Shown here piece after piece: positions 37,526 to 47,300 of a stretch of DNA of 64,000 nucleotides. The notes beneath the pieces were generated by a model. It saw only the letters and a program-made list of their open reading frames with translations. It did not search any database and was not told the origin of the DNA. The DNA comes from Octopus sinensis. Lineage: Eukaryota. Position numbers and translations under genes: made by a program. The stretch lies in assembly GCF_006345805.1 (NCBI RefSeq), contig NC_042997.1, positions 41,230,001 to 41,294,000 on the forward strand. The letters are read 5' to 3'. The stretch's first letter is position 1. Each line of letters begins with the position of its first letter.

Positions 37526-40500
37526 TACATATATGATGGTCGTCCACTCGTGACCAAGGAAGACCATCGCTGACCTTCAGGAACATTGTGCACTCTGGAA
37601 CTAACTTATATTTTGCATTTGTGGCTCTGTTGGTGAGTGACGAGGCCTGCTCTTGACAAGCATATACGACTGCAAACATTGCAGACCAAGCTTTCCCCAT
37701 TAATATATATATGATGGGCTTCTTTCAGTTTCCATCTACCAAATTCACTCATGAGGCTTTGGTCAGTAGACACTCTTTAGTAGAAGACACTCTTTAGTAG
37801 AAGACACTCTTTAGTAGAAGACACTCTTTAAAGTATAGAGTTGAACTTCATGTAGCCACCTGTCGGCAACTTTTCTCCCCCACCCATTTTGTAGGGGGTA
37901 TTACTCATTTTCTGGGCTCTTTTCACAGCTGTACCCTGTTCGAAATTTGGATTAGTTTTCGTATGAAAAGAAAAGGAACAGAGTGGGGGCTTGATTGTAG
38001 TTTGTGGAGAAAACATTAAACATGCCTGAAAATAAAAACATGGTCTTTCCCCCCAACTAAAAGACATGAAGAACTATGAAAGGAGGTGAATAAGTACTGG
38101 AGGTGGGAGGAAAGAAGAGAGAAGTAACAGTGGATTGTTCTAGAACTGCCAGAATGAAAGACTTTCCCTCTTCTTCATTGTTAAGAGTAAAGAAGCAAGG
38201 AAAGATCGATCGTATTCCAGTCTAATTGTCATTTTAAATGACTGAGGCTTTCCTTTCTCTGTCTTTCTCACTTCATTCCTTTCCTCTACGGTTAAGGGAG
38301 TGAAGGTGCTTAGGTGTATTCGGCCCATGATCGTAAAGTCACGAGAATGATTCCCTGGAGCACACTGTGTTTTTGAGCAAGGTACTCTACTTCACTTTGC
38401 TGCAGTGTACTCAGCTTGCAAAAGTGAGTCGTAGCTGTAAATCAAAGGGGCCATCCCTGTGACATTCTGTGTGAGGCTGAATCTCCCTGAGAACTAACTT
38501 ATAGTATGCATGTCTGTGGAGTATTCAGCCACTTGCACGTTAATTTTATGAGCAGACTGTTTCGTTGATCAGATAAACAGGAACCTCATCATCATAACTA
38601 ATGGAGGGCCATTTTTTAAAAAGAGTGAAAGAAAAGGAAATGCTCCAAATTGTAAGTCAAAAATGTCGTGTGTTTAGCATTATCAATGAAAGCTAAGACG
38701 AAATTATTGCTATTCCGTCGTGTATTCACCCTCGACTCACACTCAGTTTGATAACAACAGCCTGTGATCTGGGGGCTTTGCCTCCTGATCTGTGAGGCCC
38801 ACAAATGCCATTGTTATGATTGGATTAACATCCATATTGATCCTAAAGATTAAAATGATTTTCCTGCCCCTATATAAGATCTTTATTTTCTTTCAATCAC
38901 TTGAAGGTCTGTCTTGCTCCATTTCACTCAGCTGGCCAAAATGAATTCTAGCTGTAATTCAAAGGGGCAAGCCTTGTCAATTTCTGTGTGAGGTTGAGAT
39001 AATGATATGCATGTCCGTGGAGTACTCAGCCACTTGCGAGTTAATTTTATCCTCGTGTGGTAATGAAAAGCGAAAGTGACATCCAATATTTACTGCAGTT
39101 ATTTGCTTTGATTTAACTACGTGTCTATGTATCAACTTTTCTTTGGATCTATGTATCTACTGTTTCTATCACTTTCTCTCTTTCTCTCTCACTTCCTCTG
39201 TGTCCCTCCCCTCTCCTGCTTTTGATTTAACAATGTGTGTATGTATGTATGTATCAACATTCAAAACACAATACAAACACCAACACCAATCACTGCCTCT
39301 CACTTTCTCTCTCTCTTTCTCTCTCACTCTCTCTCTTTCTCTCATTCTCTCTCTTTCATCCTCTCTGTACTTACCACTCACTTCTTTGCAGTAAGTGTGA
39401 CACACTATGTATGTACAAAAACAAACAAAACTAAGCATATTAATGTTATTGATACTGATAATAATGTGATGCCGTACCAGACAGTTGCTCTCTTGGCATC
39501 TGATCTTAAATGATTGGGAAGTGTTATCATCCACATTGTTTTGTCTTGGTATGAAAAGATGGGCTACAGCAAATATTCTGCTCATACCACAGATTTGCTT
39601 GTCCTTAACCAGTTGAGCATGTCCCTTGATGGCTGCCAATATGTGCATCTCTCATGAACAGAAGTATTGGAGGGGCATTATAACCATGTGTTGAGAAAAA
39701 TTCTTTGGGGTTTGGATAATTCACCTCTGAAACATGGAAACATGGGTGTTTTATTCATCATCATATAAAAACCTTGTTCAGTGACCTTTTGAGTGGGATG
39801 AGCTACTCAACCTGAAGAAAATTCTAACTAGGCCTCACCTGCAAGATCATGCCCTGTTTATCTTGATATGAGATCACCATGTTGTGCATATATAGTTGTG
39901 ATGCATGTGCCTGGTGTACCTTTGTATATTTTACATCAGTGTCACTTTGATGGCATGCACTGTTCTCTCAATAACAACAACAACAATTATAATAATATGC
40001 CCTGATGCAGTACCAGGCAGTGGCTCTCATGGCTTCTGATCTTAACTGATTGGAAGTGATATCATGTACCTTATTTTTTCTTGCTATAAAAAATGGGTTA
40101 CAGCAAATATTCTGCTCAATACCACGGATTTGCTTGTCAGTTGTTTGACCTTAACCAGTTGACCATGTCCCTTAGTGGCTGATGATATGTGCATCTCTGA
40201 TCATGAGCAGAAGTAGTGGGGGAGCATCATAACCATGTGTTGTGAGGGATTCTTTGGGGTTTGAATAATTCACCTCTGGAAACATGGGTGTTTCGTTCAA
40301 CATCCTTAAACAACCCTTATTTGGGGACCTTTTGAGCAGGATGGGTTACTCGACCAGAAGAAAATTCTAACTAGTCTCCACATGCAAGGTTATGCACTGT
40401 TTATCTTGATATGAGATCACCATGTCGCGCCCATATGGTTGTGATGCATGAGCCTGGTGTGCCCTTATCAGATGGGTAGTCATGATGGGTATACAGGGCT

Positions 40501-43500
40501 TCATATATTTTACCCCAGTATCACTTTGATGGCATGCACTACTCTCTCACTCAATAATAATAATAATAATTTGATGAAGCCATTGCCCTTACTGTGAATG
40601 AATGCTCTCAACTTGCCCCAAACCAATATGAGTTGTGGTGACATGATGAGGGTGCAAAAGTGCTGCATTGGAAAGTATAAGGAAAGTTGGGGTTAGAGAG
40701 AAGCAAAACATGGTACAAACAGAAACCACAGAGAATCACAGTCAGAGACCTGTAAAATCTTGTGGGATTTTTTCAATGCAGAAAGGGCCAAGTGCTTGAG
40801 TACAACAAGTCAGGTCTAGTCGTTGTGGACAAGGTGAACCACAAGTGCTCTATAACTGATGTTGCATACGCCTTTGACCCACAATTAGTTAGGTGAACAA
40901 GTAGACAATCCTCTTAAATGTGCTTGACTGTGAAAGATGGAGATAATATTAATTATTATTGGGGCCCTGGGGACAGTATCAGAAGATATTAAGAGGAAAT
41001 GAGGACAGAGCGCCGAGTAGAGCTGTTACCAAAAGTCTGCCTCCTTGTCACAGCCATTATCATCAAGAAAATATTACATGGCTGAACAGAACAGATAGCA
41101 TGGTACCGTAGGCTGCGGATAGCAAGCCTCCAGGAGTTCCAACAAAACCTGAATGAAAAGAATGCTAATAACTGACTCTGATAGGTAGACTAGACAAAGA
41201 GAGCAGAAAAAAATTACTTACCATACGCCTCTTTAAAACTTACAATGTAAGTATCAGAGGTTTGTTGTTGAACTGAAGAAATATCTCCACCAGAACTTTC
41301 TTTTCTATTTCCAAAATAGCTTTGAAGACTGTCAGAGCTGACATTTGAAGAAACGTTTTTCACTTGAACACTGTTTATTTCCTTAATTCTATTCACTTTC
41401 AGTTGATTTCCTTTTAAGGGTTTTTTTTTGCACATCCTCTGAACACACTCAAAATCTGCAATAAATACAATGAATGGAAATACATTTTGGTAAAAGAATC
41501 AAATTGAAGTCAATTTACTGATGTTTTAACACATTTTAGATTGAAATGATTTTGAGAATTCTTCAAATTTGGAGATTTTAGCATTAAAATGCAGTTCCAA
41601 TTATTTAACAACTCCATATAGGCACAGGTGTGGCTGTGTGGTAAGATGGTTGCTTCCCAGCCATATGGTTTTGGGTTCAGTCCCACTGTGTGGCACTTGG
41701 AAAAAATGTATTCTGCTATAGCCTTGGGTTGACCAAAGCCTTATGAGTGGATTTGGTAGACGAAGACTGAAAGAAGCCATCTGTCTGTCTGTCCGTCTGT
41801 ATGTTACTGTCTCCTTGCTTGTTGCAAACGAGTGTCCCTGTCATACAAGCAGTGTCCTTCATTTCCAATCTTCCTTAAACCATGTCTGGTCACTGGGAAA
41901 CATTACCTTACTTGGAAATAGGTGAAGGTTGGCAACAAGAAGGGCATCCAGCTGCAGAAAAAATCCAACTCATCATCAAATTTTGTCCAACCCATGCAAG
42001 CATGGAAAAGCGGACGTTTAAACAGTGATGATGATCATGGGTCCTTTAGTTAATGTTTACTCATCCTTAAATGTAAAAGGTATTTCTATTTAGGGATAAG
42101 TAAAGTGTAAAACATAAGAAACAAAATTTGATTGAGCAGATTTATGATGAAAGACAATCCAACCACGACCATTCCAATATCTAAAATGGTAGCTTCTGTT
42201 TTGAAGAAGGCAGAATGTAATGGGAGGGATACTTTCCTGCTATTTCTATCAGCCTGAGCAACTGTGTAAAGGTCTTCAGATCATTAAAAGTGTGTATTTT
42301 AAGGTAGAGATGGGAATTTCAACATTTCTTGTCTGGGCTCATTCTTGTATTCTAGAATATTGTACTTTGGTTAAAGACATGACAATATCAGAGACAAGTT
42401 AGTGATGAAGTTATTTAGACAAAAATAAACAAAAAATAAACTATTTCACTAAAAATACATATAACTACCCAACCATTTCTAAAGATATATCATCATTAAG
42501 TTCTGTTGTCCATGCTGGCATGGGTTGGACGGTTTGACTGGGCTGGCATGCTGGAAGGCTGCATCAGACTCCAGTCTGATTTGACATGGTTTTCTTTGGC
42601 TGAATGCCCTTCCTAATGCCAACCACTCTGAGAGTGTAATTGGTCCCTTTACATGCCTTGATGGATCTTCCAAAACATGACATAATACCAAAAATCTTGG
42701 TCATTGCCTCTGTGAGACCCAACACTCGAAAAGAACTCAGCCACTTTGCCTTGGTGAGGCCCAACATTCAAAAGATGCTCTTTATGTGCCACCAGCTGTG
42801 GTGTACTTGGCTTGACGGATCCTCTCAAGCACAGCACATCCCCAAATGTCTCTTGATTTCAAATTGTGACACAAGGCCAGCAATTTGGAGGGAAGGGTTA
42901 GTTGATTGCATTGACCCCAGTATTCAGCTGGTACTTATTTCTTGAACCCTGAAAGGATGAAAGGCAAAGTTATTCTCAGCAGAATTTGAACACAAAGCAT
43001 GAAGACAGATGAAATGCAGCTAAGCATTTTGTCCAGCTGGCCACCTTCTTCGATTTCGATATTTATCGACAGTTATCAAAGCAAGAAGCAGTGTGTTAAA
43101 TATACTTGCTGCTCTCATTTTCTACCATGGAATATCTTCTTGTAAACTAAAGAGAAGATTCCATCACCATGTAGAAGACAACTTCATGATGCAATGGTTC
43201 ATTTGTAGATGTTCTCCCCGCTCATCCCATCATCACAACAACAATCACTATAGTTCTTAATTAATGACTTATATTAGCACCAGGTATACTCAACACAAAC
43301 ACAGCTGTCTCCTCTCTTCTCATAAACCTTACAAAGTATCTCCTCACCACCACCACCACCACCACCACCACCACCACCACCCCATACTGACCCCTCTTTC
43401 TAATGACCACTGTATCCAAACATCAACGATTAGCAACTCTCCGAAACTTGCTTTTTTTCCTGCAGACCCTAGACCAATACAACCAGATCAATCTCATCAA

Positions 43501-43744
43501 TGAAGGAGTTTGACCCTCAAAAGGTCAAGGCTGTTGACCCTTTTACCTCACAATATATCGACCAGTTGCCCTCTCTTCTTCTTCACTGAGCCATTTAAAA
43601 AAAACAACAACAAATTTTGATGTTTTACCTGTTTGTCATTCTTCTACATCATCACAACAAAATGTCTATTTTAACAATATCATCATCACCATGATGATGA
43701 TGATCATCATCATCATCATCATCATCATTGTTATCATCGTCATC

Positions 43745-43775
<31 letters not shown>

Positions 43776-46700
43776 TCACCAACACCAACCACCACCACCA
43801 CCGCCACCACCATCATCAGCAGCAGCAGCAGCATCAAGCCAAAACTAGCAAAGGGAGCTTCGAAAGCAAATGGCAAATAAAGTAACTAAACTCTTGTCTC
43901 TCTAAATAAACTCCAGGATCTATTCTACTGTCTTTTCTATCACTGCTATGAGGGCCCCTGTTTCGTCTCTCTGGTTGATTTTATACCATTGCCATTCAGG
44001 CTCTTTGATCCACTCATTGTTCCATCTCATGTCACCCTTCTTGTATCCAACTCCATCCCCTCAATTATACCAGATTCTTTCTCCTTTGAACACTGGTCCT
44101 CTGCAATCCTTGCCTCATCTCCCTGTTCATCAGTTCAAAACAATACTTTAACAGCATCAACAGGGTGTAAGGCAATGGACAACACACACATGCACACACA
44201 GCAGCATAGAAACACAGGTAGAAAGAAGGTGTGCAGAGAACTGAGATGAGTCAGGGTAAGGATGAAGAATATAAAGACTCCAGAAGATGTTAAGAAATGC
44301 AAAGAAATGAGAATGCAGAATGTTTAACCCCTGAACATTTAAACAGGCCATATCTACTAGCAGGGTGCAAAGAGCACCATACGAGTGTGATCATTGACAG
44401 AGCGGCTAACCGGCATCCGTGCCAGTGGCACATAAAAGGCACCATTCGAGTGTGATCGTTACCAGATCATTACCAGCATCACCTTACTGGCACTTGCGCC
44501 CGTGCTAGTAGGGTGCCAAGAGCACCATCCAAGTGTGATTGTTGCCAGAGCAGCCAACTGGCTTCTGTGCCAGTGGCACGTAAAAGGGCACCATTCGAGC
44601 GTGATCGTTACCAACATCACCTTACTGGCACCTGTGCCGGTGGCATGTATAAAAAAATTTGTGCGAGGTTGCCAGTACTGCCTAACTGGCACCTGTGCCG
44701 GTGGCACATAAAAGCACCCACTACACTATCGGAGTGGCTGGCATTAGGAAGGGCATCCAGCTGTAGAAACTCTGCCAGATCAAGATTGGAGCCTGGTGCA
44801 GCCATCTGGTTTGCCAGCCTTCAGTCAAAATCGTCCAACCCATACCAGCATGGAAAGCGGACTTTAAACAATGATGATGATGATGATATCTGGCCTCTTA
44901 CACCAACCATACAATATCATTCTAAAAATTAACAATTACCTCGTCAACATTCCAAAGCTATGAGATAATGCATGATTAATACGAAATGATGTGAATAAAT
45001 AAGCAGAAAGCTTGACAGATTAATCTGAATGCTAAAGAGTTAAGGAATGCTCTGAATTATAAAGATGAAAGTGCTAGAAGAAAGAAGAAATGTTTCAGAG
45101 TCTGTAATGAGAAAAGGTAAATAAAATGGAGAGGTGAAACAACAGACAAAAGAAAAAATCACATCAACCGAATATATAATCCTGTGTGGAAAGTCCTTTG
45201 AAGAATTTTATTGATTTGAAAATTTTAGTTTGATGTGTTCAATATTATGAGAGTATCATTACTCAACATATTCGTTTTATATTGAAACTATAATCAAAAG
45301 TAAAAGACAGGCAGACCTGTGCATGTGTTTATCATTGGCACAATGACCCTCCCAAGACTTACAAAATATATTTTGTTTTGTAATTAAACTATATATTTGT
45401 TTTATTATTCTGCAATATGCATTTACAAGGTAAAGACTCAGTTTTCTTTCCATTTCGTTTTAGATAGAAATTACATTTGTAACAAGTTCCCTCTATCAAT
45501 CAAACAAAGATGGTAAAATATTCCATTTACTTTCCCTCTTTCCAATGTTTAGAAACTGAAGGAACGGTCAAATACTGGAATCAGTTTCACTGATAAAACA
45601 TCATCTCTAATATTTCTGATTTCCTGCCTGATAACCATCATTCCTGACAAATTTCTTCCTTTCCTGATAAATGTGAGAAACCAAAAGGCAAAAATCTGGG
45701 AAGAAATAAAAGATATAAATAGGTGCAGACAGGGCTGTGTGCTAAGAAGTTTGCTTCCCAACCACATGGTTCTGGGTTCAGTCCCACTGCGTGGCACCTT
45801 GGGTGAGAATCTTCTACTGTAGCCTCAGTTCAACCAAGGCATTGTGAGTGAATTTGGTAGATGGAAACTGAAAGAAGCCCAGTATGTGTGTGTGTGTGTG
45901 TCTTTGTGTCTATTTGTTACCCGCCACTGCTTGATGACTGGTGTCAATGTGTTTATGTTCCTGTAACTTAACAGATCTGCAAAATGGAGTGATAAAATAA
46001 GTATCTAGGTTTTAAAAAGTAAGAACCACTAGGGTTGATTCATTTACCTAAAAAAGATCTTCAAGGTGGTGCCCCAGCATGGCCTGAGTCATTAGACTAA
46101 AACAATTAAAACACAAAAGATATACCAATCCTATTAACAAAACAAAATTCAAGAAATCTTTTTGAAAACAAATTAAACTTGAAGAAACTTACCAATTTCA
46201 TTTTGGCAATACACAAGAAAAGTTCCAGCTTTTCTTCCAGGGGAAACATATACAATATCTAATTTTCCTGTCTTTTCCAAAAAATCAATTAACATTTTTT
46301 CCGACATGTCTTTGGGGCCATTTGACACAACCATTGCATCTTCTTGCCAGACTAGATTTTTATACCAGTCCACATGAAGTTTATGTTTGCTTACATTATG
46401 GACCTTCCTTTGGACAACATTTTCTGCATCTGAAAATCAAAATAGCAGAAGAAATTGAGAATATAATGTCATTATTAATGAGTGGAGGGCATGGTTGTGT
46501 TGGTGTAGAACCAGGTCAGACACTTTCTGGCCATAAACATGTCCAAGTGTCCTTCCTTGTTTATGATGTTAGGTGGTACATGAAGAAGATTTAACTGCCT
46601 TTTCTAGCAGATCAAGTCATCACTTAGAGGCCCCTTTGTTCGATAGCTGAGAGGATTATGAGGTTCCCTGTACAATTAACTGGCTCTAGTTCAACAGCAC

Positions 46701-47259
46701 CTTGAGCAAGTATCTTCTACCACAGCCTCAAGATGACCAGAGCCTTGTGACTGATATTTGGAAGAGAGAAACTGTGGCCATCATAGGATGTGTGTGTGTG
46801 TGATCAGATAAACATATACACACTTATGTGTATACGCACATACAGTACTTAGAGGAAACAGTAGTCATTCACAAAGACAATTGCCAATAAAAAGCTTTAT
46901 CCTGAGCAGACCAATATGTAAACCTATTTTCCAAATAAAGAGTAGAATATTTGAATATCAGAATATGTTAAAACACTTAATGAAGTGCACTGCAAAATTT
47001 CAATTAAAATTAGTCCCTTAATGAAAAGAGAGACTCATTATCTTCGTGACAGACTCATGTCAAGAGACGAGAGGAACATAACCTTGAAATTTAAATTTTT
47101 ATAAATAAAAAAAAATATTTATATATATATATATTTATATATATTGGCCTGCTCACTTAGCCAGCGGGGTGGCGTCATTTGAAGGCTAAAACAATGCGAA
47201 GCACATTGTAACCAGCGATTTGTAGCAGCATCTGATAGCCTGGTCGGTCACGTGATCAG

Positions 47260-47300
<41 letters not shown>

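Noticed and set aside
37828-38328. Two short minus-strand ORFs in intron 3 as coding exons
   Set aside because: No recognisable domain, weak splice sites, and not needed for frame continuity between exons 3 and 4.
43264-43885. Poly-His, poly-Asp and poly-Ile ORFs
   Set aside because: They are translations of CAC/CAT microsatellites.
45549-45797. 82-aa minus-strand ORF as an extra PARP14 exon
   Set aside because: Its 5' part is SINE sequence, no phase-1 acceptor gives an open frame, and exons 2 and 3 already join seamlessly.
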